A stretch of 64,000 nucleotides of DNA. It comes from an uncultured Candidatus Saccharibacteria bacterium. Lineage in GTDB: Bacteria; Patescibacteriota; Saccharimonadia; Saccharimonadales; Saccharimonadaceae. A program made the position numbers and the translations under genes. Numbering within the stretch: the first letter of the stretch is position 1; each line of letters opens with the position of its first letter. The stretch spans positions 37,182 to 101,181 of the forward strand of contig CAUQFZ010000001.1 in the NCBI GenBank assembly GCA_963517665.1. Reading direction: 5' to 3'. Under the pieces are notes generated by a model, which was given only the letters and a program-made list of their open reading frames with translations, searched no databases and was not told the origin of the DNA. Below are positions 30,972-40,234 of this stretch, piece by piece.

Positions 30972-31038
30972 GCCTTACTAGTTTGCCATAATCTCTATTT
31001 TAAATCTGTGATATTGTATGGGGCATGGACACAGAAAT

Positions 31039-33540
31039 TTAATGTATAGCGCCTCTCGTAACATACTTATGCCATTCAGAGACGACAATTGGGATGATGA
31101 ATGATGCCAGGCTGATGATCATCATGTCACTAAGGGCGACGTGTGTGATGTGCAGGATTTCGCCAAGAGGCCCGAAGAAGACCAGGACTTGCAGGATGAT
31201 GGACAGGCTCATGCCAGCGTAGAAGCTCTTGTTCATGACTTTTAGGCGCTTCAGGAGTGACTCGTCATCGGAGCGAGCGTTGAAGGCATTTGCCCACTGG
31301 CTGACTACCAGGGCGATGAAGGCCATGGTTTGAGCGTACGCGTGTCCCTGCCGCTGCTCAAAGAAGATGTAAACCGCCAAGGCGATGGCTGACATGGTGC
31401 CGGCGACAATAACCATTCGCCAGACCATCATGTGGTTCAAGATTGGTGAATCTGGCTTTTCGGGTGGACGATCCATCACCCCCCTCTCTGTTGGCTCTAG
31501 GCCGAGTGGGATGACCATCGAGGTGTCGGTGACCAGGTTCACCCACAAGATTTGCACTGGCTCCAGCGGTGTTTTGATGCCAATCAGGAGCGCGCCAATC
31601 ATGGTGATCAGCTCGCCGGTGTTGGTCGACAGCAGATAAAACAACATACGGCGAACATTGGCGATGATGGTTCGCCCTTCGCGCATGGCGTCGATGATGG
31701 TTTTGAAATTATCGTCCAGCAAAATGATAGCTCCAGCGTCGCGTGCGATGTGCGAGCCCGAACCCATAGCCACGCCAATGTGGGCGTTGCTGAGTGCTGG
31801 CACATCATTGACGCCGTCCCCTGTCATGGCGGTGATGTGATGCTTTTTGAGGATAGTGAGCAGGCGGTATTTTTGTTCAGGAACGACGCGGGAGAAGACT
31901 TTGGTTCGCTCGACAATTGGATCGAGCTGTTCATCTGTTAGTGTATTCATCTGTCGGCAGTCAAACACCTCGTCACGGTCCTTGACCATGCCTAATTGGT
32001 GTCCAATTTGATAGGCTGTCTCAAAATGGTCGCCAGTGATCATGCGTACGGACACGCCAGCTTTTAGAGCAGCGCGAATTGCTCGAGGTGCTTCTGGGCG
32101 CAAGACGTCGCTGACTGCTACAAAACCTTCAAAGGTCAATTTCTTGCCTTTCAGTTCGTAAAATTCATGAACTGGGTGTGCTGACGTATAAGACGCCAGG
32201 CCGATGACTCGCTGTCCCTTGGCGGCAAATTCTTCCAGGGCTGCCAGGGCTTGTTTTTTGACAGTAGCGGTTACTTTGCAGGCTGCCAAAATCTGCTCAG
32301 GGGCGCCTTTGAGGTACAGCTGAAAATCCTTGCCATGATGCCACACGGCGGCGGACATGCTGAAATCTTGATTGAACGGTATGTCACGAAACGGCGAATT
32401 CTTAACTTGAACGCCATGTGTGCGCACAAATTCTTCCAGCGCAATATCAAGCGGATCGTGGCTTTTGGCGTCGCCACGGTTGATGGTGCGGGCGATGATG
32501 TCGATGACGGCTGTATCCTTAGGAGACCAAGTTTCTTGGACGGTCAATTTGTTTTTAGTCAGCGTGCCAGTTTTGTCTGTGGCGATGGTAGTGATGACGC
32601 CGATGGTCTCGATGGCTCGCATCTGATGCACCAAAGCTTTTTTGGCAGCCATACGTCGCATACCCAGCACCAACACAACAGATATGGCAATTGGTAGACT
32701 CTCGGGAACGGCGCTGATAGCCAGGGCCATGACAAAGCGCAGACTCTCCAGAACGTCCATGCCGCGCAGCAGACTGAGCCCAAAAGCTACGACGCTGACG
32801 GCAGCGACAACGGCGATGATTCTGGTGATCAGGACGTCGATTTTTTGCTGAACGGGGCTTTGGGTGCTTTGTCGTTTTGACAGTGTGGCAAGGTTGCCGA
32901 ACTCGGTGTTGTTGCCGGTGGTCACCACGACGCCAGTGCCGGTGCCGCTGATGATAAACGAGCCTTGAAACAACATGTTGGTTTGCTCATACAATTCTTT
33001 GTGGCCCTCGAGTACGTCAGGTTTTTTGCTGATGGGCAATGATTCGCCGGTCAATTGTGACTCGTCGACCCGCAGGTTGGACGTTCGGAGGAGTCTGATG
33101 TCTGCGGGGATTTTTTCGCCTTCAGCCAGGGTGATGATGTCGCCAGGTACCAATTGTGAGGCGTCAACGCGAGCCGTGTGGTTGCCGCGTAGTACGTCAA
33201 CCTTTTGTACGCTGCGTTTGGATAAGCTGCGGAGAACCCGGTCAGTCGAAAATCGCTGTATATAGAAAATGATTGCCGAGATGGCGATGATTACCAAAAT
33301 GATGACCGCGTCAATGTGATCGCCGTGCCACAAACTGATGGCGGCTGCCACCCCTAGCACCAGCATGAAAATATCCAAAAACGGTTCTACAATCTTTTTC
33401 CAGAGCGGCTCGGACTCAATTTTGATAACGTTGATGCCGTACTGCTTTTGGCGACGCTTAACTTCTCTGGCCGTCAGCCCGCATTCATTTGTGCGTAATT
33501 TTTTCAGGGTTTCGTGAGCGGGCGTGGCGTAAAATGTCAT
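31039..33540 (-). CDS. P-type cation-transporting ATPase (type IIA, Ca2+-like)
   Basis: LTGES, VPESL, DKTGTLT, KGAPE, TGDH, GDGVND, ILWVNLVTD. Confidence 0.93.
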   Translation of the reverse strand: MTFYATPAHETLKKLRTNECGLTAREVKRRQKQYGINVIKIESEPLWKKIVEPFLDIFMLVLGVAAAISLWHGDHIDAVIILVIIAISAIIFYIQRFSTDRVLRSLSKRSVQKVDVLRGNHTARVDASQLVPGDIITLAEGEKIPADIRLLRTSNLRVDESQLTGESLPISKKPDVLEGHKELYEQTNMLFQGSFIISGTGTGVVVTTGNNTEFGNLATLSKRQSTQSPVQQKIDVLITRIIAVVAAVSVVAFGLSLLRGMDVLESLRFVMALAISAVPESLPIAISVVLVLGMRRMAAKKALVHQMRAIETIGVITTIATDKTGTLTKNKLTVQETWSPKDTAVIDIIARTINRGDAKSHDPLDIALEEFVRTHGVQVKNSPFRDIPFNQDFSMSAAVWHHGKDFQLYLKGAPEQILAACKVTATVKKQALAALEEFAAKGQRVIGLASYTSAHPVHEFYELKGKKLTFEGFVAVSDVLRPEAPRAIRAALKAGVSVRMITGDHFETAYQIGHQLGMVKDRDEVFDCRQMNTLTDEQLDPIVERTKVFSRVVPEQKYRLLTILKKHHITAMTGDGVNDVPALSNAHIGVAMGSGSHIARDAGAIILLDDNFKTIIDAMREGRTIIANVRRMLFYLLSTNTGELITMIGALLIGIKTPLEPVQILWVNLVTDTSMVIPLGLEPTERGVMDRPPEKPDSPILNHMMVWRMVIVAGTMSAIALAVYIFFEQRQGHAYAQTMAFIALVVSQWANAFNARSDDESLLKRLKVMNKSFYAGMSLSIILQVLVFFGPLGEILHITHVALSDMMIISLASFIIPIVVSEWHKYVTRGAIH

Positions 33541-33590
33541 ACTTCATAGTATAAAGCAAAAAGCATAAGCGGTCTATTCGTACTCTTTGG

Positions 33591-34634
33591 CTACTGCACG
33601 TATTTTTTGGCACGTGCTTTATCAACTTGTACTGTCTCAAAGACAGTTTTGGCCATTTGATCAAAGGCGTTCTTACCTTCGGCGTTGTAGCGGCCAGCTC
33701 CCTGCAATATTACGCCGTCCTTTTCAAAATAGTAAAAGAAGGTTACGTAGTTCGTTGGGTCGCTTTGCGGTGCTGTGTGTCGTACTTCTTTGGAATTGTA
33801 CTTGGTGATTTGGTCGTATTTGTGGGTGCCAGCCTTTACATAATAATCATCTGCAGTCGCCTGCTCTAACGTTTTTGAGGTGGAAACAGGACGAACTGTG
33901 AGGCTGATTTGGACATTGTTTCTGGTGCCAACAAAGGTGATTTTGTCATCAGCACTGGACCGCTGGGTGATGCTGAAGCCGTCGATTTCATTGGCGAACT
34001 TATTCACCTTCACGATTTCTCGGTCGTCTGAGGTGTATTCTTGGTCGGGCGCTTGGTAATTACTATCGTACCTGACAGACTTGACCAGAGACTGGATACT
34101 GGACGATTCAAACAAGGTTTTACTACCTGAAGCATTGCTGATATTTTCAATGTCCAGGTGGAGTTCGTACCATTCTTGGTCACGCTGAACTAGTGGTATT
34201 TTGACGATGTAGTGATATGAATTGTCATCATAGGCATAGCCTCCCAGTGCGCCAGTGGCTTTGTCAGCTTTGAGCTCGGTGAAGTTGCCTCGTTTTTTGG
34301 CGGCCTCGAGGTCATTGGCACGGCTGGCTTTACTAACCTGCGCGATTTTGGCAGTGATGGTGTACGTTTCGCCCTTGTCTTTGATGGTCATGGTTGGAAA
34401 GCGCGGACGCTCTTCGCTCTTGATTTCGTACGAATACTGGTCTTTCGGCAGCAACATAGTAGCAGCGATATTGTAGCCATCAGAGGCGAAGTGGACCGTG
34501 TTGGCAGCCAGACGCTGATTGATCTGCTCTTTTTGATAGTGATTATAAAATATGATTCCCAGGATACTGACTGCAATGACAAATAAGCCAATGAAAACGC
34601 TAATGAAAATCTGTTGTTTTTGTCTTCTACGCAT
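33591..34634 (-). CDS. Hypothetical N-terminally anchored surface protein
   Basis: Basic N-terminus, single TM, then a soluble domain; TTGACA-N17-TATAAT promoter. Confidence 0.75.
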   Translation of the reverse strand: MRRRQKQQIFISVFIGLFVIAVSILGIIFYNHYQKEQINQRLAANTVHFASDGYNIAATMLLPKDQYSYEIKSEERPRFPTMTIKDKGETYTITAKIAQVSKASRANDLEAAKKRGNFTELKADKATGALGGYAYDDNSYHYIVKIPLVQRDQEWYELHLDIENISNASGSKTLFESSSIQSLVKSVRYDSNYQAPDQEYTSDDREIVKVNKFANEIDGFSITQRSSADDKITFVGTRNNVQISLTVRPVSTSKTLEQATADDYYVKAGTHKYDQITKYNSKEVRHTAPQSDPTNYVTFFYYFEKDGVILQGAGRYNAEGKNAFDQMAKTVFETVQVDKARAKKYVQ

Positions 34635-34676
34635 AAGCGGTATTATATTTTGTTTATGCTAAATTGTCAATCGCAC

Positions 34677-34707
34677 AAAAAGAGCTTCCACCATGATGAC
34701 GGAAGCT
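34677..34707 (-). terminator. Intrinsic terminator after the Gre-like gene
   Basis: AGCTTCC/GGAAGCT stem followed by a T-tract on the minus strand. Confidence 0.65.
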
Positions 34708-34730
34708 GAAGGGGGCGTGGTGGTTCGTAG

Positions 34731-35198
34731 TTATCGGATGGCGACTAGCTGGGCGCGCTGCAATTTGACGCCAGCGCACCAGGAAACGGTGTCTTTGGGG
34801 CGCTTATCTAGTAGGCTGCGACCCAACGGGCTGTCTATGGATATGCGGCCGTCTGTCGGATTGGCTTCCAGACTGTCAACCAGTATGTAGTGAAGCATGC
34901 GACCTTGCTGATCGACTAAGTCAACGATTGAGCCCAGAGCGACGCGTAAGCGGTCGCGTTTGCGTGGTAGCGGTTTGGCATTCTTTAGCATGTGGCGTAA
35001 ATTGGCCAATTTGCCACTGACCAGTTCCAGGTTCATGATGACTTCATTGCGCTGCAATTTATCGTCGCGGGATTTAGCGCGACCGATTTCACGCAAGGTG
35101 AACTGGAGCGTTTTTTCTTGTGCTTCTAACTGAGAAATTTCTTTGTGTAATTCTTTAAAGCCTTTTTGACTGAGATGTGTCGTTCGCACATTACTCAT
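34731..35198 (-). CDS. GreA/GreB-family factor with an atypical tip
   Basis: LSQKGFKEL coiled coil; VALGSIV, EANP..GRISIDSPLGRSLL; lacks GDLSENAEY. Confidence 0.8.
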   Translation of the reverse strand: MSNVRTTHLSQKGFKELHKEISQLEAQEKTLQFTLREIGRAKSRDDKLQRNEVIMNLELVSGKLANLRHMLKNAKPLPRKRDRLRVALGSIVDLVDQQGRMLHYILVDSLEANPTDGRISIDSPLGRSLLDKRPKDTVSWCAGVKLQRAQLVAIR

Positions 35199-35251
35199 AG
35201 TACCCCTTTCCCGGTTGCTTACCCAACCGACACTATCTAGTACATCACGCC

Positions 35252-35271
35252 TACCTGAAAAATACCTGAAA
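35252..35271 (-). promoter_or_regulatory. Direct repeat, putative OmpR-family site
   Basis: TACCTGAAA-aa-TACCTGAAA, period 11. Confidence 0.55.
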
Positions 35272-35272
35272 T

Positions 35273-36238
35273 TTAGCGTTTTGGCAGCGAAAGTGTGAAT
35301 GTTGTAATTTTTCCAGGGGTGGATCGTGCAGAAATATGCCCGCCCAAGGCGCGAGTTAGTTGATGCGCTAGGCTGAGCCCCAGCCCGTAACTATTGGCGT
35401 GTTGCTGCCCGCTGTAAAATCGTTCAAAGATGTGCGGCAAATCCTTGGCGTTAATGCCTGGGCCATGGTTGGCGACGGTGATGATGACGGTCGTCTTGAG
35501 AGGTTTGATGGTGAGGCTAATGGGTGAAGTATCGGGGCTGTGCTTGACCGCATTGTCCAACAGCACTGCAATCACTTCTCGGACTGCTGGTCGGTTCATG
35601 GTGACCGCCAAGTCGTCGGGGGCGTGTAGTGTCACCCGCTCCTTGCCGGGCCTGGAATTGATCAGATTATTAGTTAGTTCCACGAGGTCAAATTTTTCGA
35701 TGTTGGACGAGAGCTGTCGTTCGCTGTGGGATAATTCTAAAAGCATGGTGGCAAGCTCGTTCAGACGATTGATCTCCTCAAGGTTGCTTGCCAAGGTTTG
35801 TCGCAACTCGGACTTGGGCGTTTTGGGGTTGTGTAATGCCAGCTCGGCCTCGGCTTTCATGATGGCCAGTGGCGTGCGCAGCTGATGGCTGGCGTTAGCG
35901 ACAAAGCGTGATTGGGCTTGGTGGGCAGCCTCGATGGGCTCTAGGGTGCGCTGCGCCAACAGATAAGCGATAACCCCACCGCCGAGTAGTACCACCAGGT
36001 TGAGATACGCCAAGCTGATGATGAGATTGGCGTCAGTAGCCTCCATCTGTTCACTGAGTGGCTTGTCCAGTGAGTTGCCGCTGGCTAGTCCACGCTTGAC
36101 GGCAAAACCTTGCAAGCGAGCGTCAATTTCCGAGCGCGCAATGTTAAAGATGATGCCGCTAAACAGTAGACTGACCATCATCAATATCAACAGATACCAG
36201 CTGGCTAGTTTGATGGTGGCGGAGGTGAATAGTTTCAC
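35273..36238 (-). CDS. Sensor histidine kinase
   Basis: Two TM; ASHQLRTPL, LLDNAVKH, GPGI, FERFY, GLGLS. Confidence 0.93.
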   Translation of the reverse strand: MKLFTSATIKLASWYLLILMMVSLLFSGIIFNIARSEIDARLQGFAVKRGLASGNSLDKPLSEQMEATDANLIISLAYLNLVVLLGGGVIAYLLAQRTLEPIEAAHQAQSRFVANASHQLRTPLAIMKAEAELALHNPKTPKSELRQTLASNLEEINRLNELATMLLELSHSERQLSSNIEKFDLVELTNNLINSRPGKERVTLHAPDDLAVTMNRPAVREVIAVLLDNAVKHSPDTSPISLTIKPLKTTVIITVANHGPGINAKDLPHIFERFYSGQQHANSYGLGLSLAHQLTRALGGHISARSTPGKITTFTLSLPKR

Positions 36239-36909
36239 GCGCCTGCCTCCACTTTATAGCCAAAGCCACGCACGGTGTGGATCAGTGGACGGCGAAACGG
36301 CTTGTCGATTTTCTTGCGCAGTTGCTTGATGTAAGCTTCGACGTTGTTCGGCAAAATATCAGCATCAAAATCCCACACATGAGCGATCAGCGTTTCTTTA
36401 CTCAAGGTCTGGCCAGGATGGCGCATCAGGTATTCCAACAGCGCGAACTCTTTAGCGGTCAGTTCAATGGTTTTACCGCTGCGTTTGACAGTGCGCTGAG
36501 TTTGGTTGAGCGTTAGATCAGCAACGGTTAGTTCATCATCATGCGCCAAAGGCGGCCGCCTCAGGAGTGCTCTGACGCGGGCAGTCAGCTCATCGATGGC
36601 AAATGGCTTGACCAGATAGTCATCGGCGCCGACGTCCAGACCAAAGGCTTTGTCTTCGGTTGTACCGAGCGCCGTCAACAGTAAAATAGGCATTGATTTG
36701 TTGGCTTGGCGCAGTGAAGTGATGATATCGGTGCCGCTCTTACCGGGTAACATGCGGTCTAGCACCAGTAGGTCATAGGGCTCAGTTTCTGCCATGGCCA
36801 GACCTTCTTCTCCGTCGTGTACCATATCGACAGCGTGACCTTCCGATCGCAGCGCCGCCGCGATGACCCGGGCGATTTTTCTTTCGTCTTCGACGACCAA
36901 TAGTCTCAT
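36235..36909 (-). CDS. OmpR-family response regulator
   Basis: LLVVEDE, LDRMLP, GADDYLVKPF, LTAKEF, IHTVRGFGY; start after TATAAT. Confidence 0.95.
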   Translation of the reverse strand: MRLLVVEDERKIARVIAAALRSEGHAVDMVHDGEEGLAMAETEPYDLLVLDRMLPGKSGTDIITSLRQANKSMPILLLTALGTTEDKAFGLDVGADDYLVKPFAIDELTARVRALLRRPPLAHDDELTVADLTLNQTQRTVKRSGKTIELTAKEFALLEYLMRHPGQTLSKETLIAHVWDFDADILPNNVEAYIKQLRKKIDKPFRRPLIHTVRGFGYKVEAGA

Positions 36910-36931
36910 ACGCCCATTATACCTTGGTTTT

Positions 36932-36947
36932 CTGAAAAAGCCCTGAA
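36932..36947. promoter_or_regulatory. Direct repeat, putative OmpR-family site between divergent promoters
   Basis: CTGAA-N6-CTGAA between two opposite TATAAT boxes. Confidence 0.5.
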
Positions 36948-36983
36948 TGCTATAATTGATGGTGACAATAACCAAGGAGGTGT

Positions 36984-37736
36984 ATGGGTAAAGAGGTAAA
37001 TCCCATTATTCAGATCAAAAACTTTAGTATGAAGTTTGGCACCAAAACTGTCATCAAAGATTTGAGCTTTGAGGTGATGCGGGGCGAAGTGTTCGGATTT
37101 TTGGGTAGCAATGGTTCAGGAAAAACCACGACACTCAGGGCGCTATTGGGGCTATACGAGCCAACGGCCGGCGAGCTACTGGTTGACGGTAAACAATTTG
37201 CTGTCGAAGATGGTGTCAAATTGGGCTATCTCCCGGAGGAACGCGGCTTGTACAAAAAAGAAAAAGTCATTGACACGATGATTTACTTTGGCCGGCTGAA
37301 AGGCCTCAGCAAAGAAGAAGCTCGTAATTTCTCCATGAATTATCTGGAGCGAGTAGGCTTGAGTGACAAAGCAAAAACCAAACTTGATAAATTATCAGGT
37401 GGTCAGCAGCAAAAAATTCAACTGGGTGTAACCATCATGGGCGACCCAGAGCTACTCATTTTGGACGAGCCGACCAAGGGCTTTGACCCAGTCAATCGCC
37501 GATTACTAATGAACATCATTGAGGAGCGACAAGAGGCTGGCGCTACTGTGGTGTTTGTAACGCACCAGATGGAAGAAGTTGAGCGCTTGTGTGATCGAGT
37601 AGTTCTTCTGAAAGATGGTAAAGCAGTAGAATACGGCACGGTGGCGGATGTCAGAAAGAAATATGGTGGTAAGAGCCTAGATGATATTTTTGTGAAGATT
37701 TACGGCGGTGAGGAAAAGGAGGCGGTCAATGCGTAA
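36984..37736 (+). CDS. ABC-2 exporter ATP-binding subunit
   Basis: GSNGSGKT, GYLPEERGLY, LSGGQ, ILDEP; AAGGAGG RBS. Confidence 0.93.
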   Translation: MGKEVNPIIQIKNFSMKFGTKTVIKDLSFEVMRGEVFGFLGSNGSGKTTTLRALLGLYEPTAGELLVDGKQFAVEDGVKLGYLPEERGLYKKEKVIDTMIYFGRLKGLSKEEARNFSMNYLERVGLSDKAKTKLDKLSGGQQQKIQLGVTIMGDPELLILDEPTKGFDPVNRRLLMNIIEERQEAGATVVFVTHQMEEVERLCDRVVLLKDGKAVEYGTVADVRKKYGGKSLDDIFVKIYGGEEKEAVNA

Positions 37737-38964
37737 CATGTACAATTTGGGAACAGTGGTCAAATTTGAGATCGTGCGCATGCTGAAGAAATTCAGCTTT
37801 TGGGCAATGGCGCTCGGCTTCCCGCTGATGTTTGCTGCTATTTTTGGTATCATCTTTTGGTCAAATCAAGCCACCATGGAAGCTACCAAAAAGCTTCAAG
37901 AACAAGACTTCAAGGCAGCCATTGTTGACGACTCAGGCGTGGTCAATTCACAGCTGGCTGAGCAGATGAAGCTGGAAAAATTAAGTAGCAAGGACCAGGG
38001 TATCCAGCGTGTCAAAGACGGTAGTTTGGACGGATTTATTTACTTCCCTGCTAACTTGGAGCAAAATACCGTGCAAGCCTATGGTAAGGATGTTGGTATG
38101 TTCCAAAACAGCCGCTACTCTGCGGTGGCTGAGACGTTGTTGACCGCCTCAATTGATGCAAAGGTAGATCCACAATCCAAAGCGATTTTACAAAAGAAAG
38201 TCAAAACGGAAACGACCACTTACCGTAACGGTGTCGAGTTTGACGGCGTGAAAGAAATGATCGTGCCGGGCTTCTTCCTGGTGCTGTTCTATATGCTACT
38301 TGCCTTCTTTGGTGGACAGATGCTCAACAGCACGGTTGAGGAAAAAGAAAATCGTACAGTGGAAATGCTGCTGACGACAGTCAAGGCTAAAACGCTGATC
38401 ACCGGAAAGATTCTGGCGATGATCTCGTTGGCATTGATCCAGGGGTTGGTTATCATTCTGCCGGTACTGGTGTTGTACTTCACTTTGGGTCAAAAACTTC
38501 ACATGCCAGCATTAGATTTGAGCAATGTGGTATTCGACCCAGTGAGAATTGGCATCGCTTTGGGGGTATTTGCCACTGGATTTATGATGTTCACTGGTCT
38601 TTTGGTCGCGGTCGGCGCCATGATGCCAACCGCCAAAGAGGCTTCCTCATGGTTTAGTATTGTGTTGATTGCCCTGTTTGCTCCGTTGTATGGCTTTAGT
38701 GTGTTTGTGTCCTACCCAGATTCACCATTTGTCCAATTCTTTAGCTACTTCCCACTAACTTCGCCAATTCCACTACTGCTCCGCAACACCGTTGGTAACC
38801 TACAGGTTCATGAGGCAGCTATTGCAGTAGCTATTTTGGCGGTCAGTGCTTTCGTGGCGGTTGTGGTGGCAGTCAGGCTGTTCCGCTACGGCGCCATGCA
38901 GTATGACAGCAAATTGTCACTGTCAGTCTTGCGCGCTCGACGTGACGAAGCTGCGAAAAGCTAG
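37729..38964 (+). CDS. ABC-2 exporter permease (NatB/YhaP-like)
   Basis: VEEKENRTVEMLL, GKIL, multiple TM. Confidence 0.9.
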   Translation: MRNMYNLGTVVKFEIVRMLKKFSFWAMALGFPLMFAAIFGIIFWSNQATMEATKKLQEQDFKAAIVDDSGVVNSQLAEQMKLEKLSSKDQGIQRVKDGSLDGFIYFPANLEQNTVQAYGKDVGMFQNSRYSAVAETLLTASIDAKVDPQSKAILQKKVKTETTTYRNGVEFDGVKEMIVPGFFLVLFYMLLAFFGGQMLNSTVEEKENRTVEMLLTTVKAKTLITGKILAMISLALIQGLVIILPVLVLYFTLGQKLHMPALDLSNVVFDPVRIGIALGVFATGFMMFTGLLVAVGAMMPTAKEASSWFSIVLIALFAPLYGFSVFVSYPDSPFVQFFSYFPLTSPIPLLLRNTVGNLQVHEAAIAVAILAVSAFVAVVVAVRLFRYGAMQYDSKLSLSVLRARRDEAAKS

Positions 38965-38983
38965 TCGTCAGACGTCAGTAGAG

Positions 38984-39016
38984 AGCGAGGCGCTCAGCGG
39001 TTGGGCGCCTCGTTTT
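38984..39016 (+). terminator. Intrinsic terminator
   Basis: AGCGAGGCGCTCA-gcggt-TGGGCGCCTCGTT-tt. Confidence 0.75.
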
Positions 39017-39054
39017 GCTTGCGCTACTCGGTATAAGATTGTACAATGTTGAAT

Positions 39055-40188
39055 ATGAAAGTACGTATTGAAATAGACACTAAAACTTTTGTGCGATTCT
39101 GGCTGGTAGTGATTGGTTTTGGACTGGCGGGGATGGCAATTTATTCGGCAAAGAGTGCGCTGATTCTCCTTGGTATCTCCTTGTTCTTGGCTCTGGCTTT
39201 GAACCGGCCCGTTTCGGCTCTGGCGAAGCTGCTGCCTGGCAAAAGCCGCCTGGGCGGTACAGCGTTGGCATACGTTATGTTGGTGACGCTACTGGGCTGT
39301 GTGGCGTGGTTTGCAGTGCCGCCAATTGTCCAGCAGTCCGCCAAGTTTGTTGAGAGCGTGCCGGGCTTGGTTGATCAAGCTGGTTCGCAGTGGCACGGCA
39401 TCAATGAGTTGATCGATAGAAATGGCTGGCGCCCACAGGTTGACGCGACATTAAACAACTTAAAACAACAGGCTTCATCGTGGGCAGCCAGCGCGGGCAC
39501 CAACTTGATTTCAAGCGTAGGTTCGCTGGCGTCATTCCTTGGTTCTCTGTTTTTGGTATTGGTTTTGTCGTTTTTGATGCTACTGGAAGGTCCGATGTGG
39601 ATGAAGCGCTTGTGGGGACTCTACAACGACCAAAGCAAGATGGAAAATCATAAAAAACTGGCTGGACAGATGTACAATGTCGTCACGGGGTATGTATCTG
39701 GACAATTGACAGTGTCGGGTATCGACGCTGTGCTGTCGGGTGTGGTGGTGTTCTGTTTGAGCTTGGCGTTTCCAGCTATTGACTCGAACTTGGCAATGTT
39801 GACCGTCATGGTTACCTTTATCTTGACGCTTATCCCGATGTTTGGCGCCACTCTGGCTGGCCTGCTGATAGCGTTGCTATTATCCTTTAACAACGTCACC
39901 GCTGGTATCATCTACGCCGCCTACTTCATCATTTACCAGCAGATCGAGAACAATTTCATCGCGCCATCAATTCAGTCAAAGAAATTAGAGCTTTCGGCAC
40001 TGATGGTGTTGTCATCAGTGACTATCGGCCTCTACGTTGGTGGGCTATTGGGAAGCTTGATCGCTATCCCAGCGGCTGGTGTGGTCAAGGTCCTACTAGA
40101 AAACTACCTGGAACAAGCCAAGAAAAATCGTCTTGAAAGTGCAAAGCCACTCAACAAGTTAGTAAAGAAGATGAAAAACGAAGACTAA
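39055..40188 (+). CDS. AI-2E (PerM) family transporter
   Basis: LALNRPV, GYVSGQ, LIPMFG, QQIENNFIAP, LIAIP. Confidence 0.9.
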   Translation: MKVRIEIDTKTFVRFWLVVIGFGLAGMAIYSAKSALILLGISLFLALALNRPVSALAKLLPGKSRLGGTALAYVMLVTLLGCVAWFAVPPIVQQSAKFVESVPGLVDQAGSQWHGINELIDRNGWRPQVDATLNNLKQQASSWAASAGTNLISSVGSLASFLGSLFLVLVLSFLMLLEGPMWMKRLWGLYNDQSKMENHKKLAGQMYNVVTGYVSGQLTVSGIDAVLSGVVVFCLSLAFPAIDSNLAMLTVMVTFILTLIPMFGATLAGLLIALLLSFNNVTAGIIYAAYFIIYQQIENNFIAPSIQSKKLELSALMVLSSVTIGLYVGGLLGSLIAIPAAGVVKVLLENYLEQAKKNRLESAKPLNKLVKKMKNED

Positions 40189-40206
40189 TCAAGCTGCGCC
40201 ATGAGC

Positions 40207-40234
40207 TAGCCCGCTCGGTTGCTCCGGCGGGCTA
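40207..40234. terminator. Hairpin between convergent genes
   Basis: TAGCCCGC...GCGGGCTA. Confidence 0.6.

Noticed and set aside
30972..31038. attR copy of the tRNA-Gln 3' end
   Set aside because: No matching direct repeat
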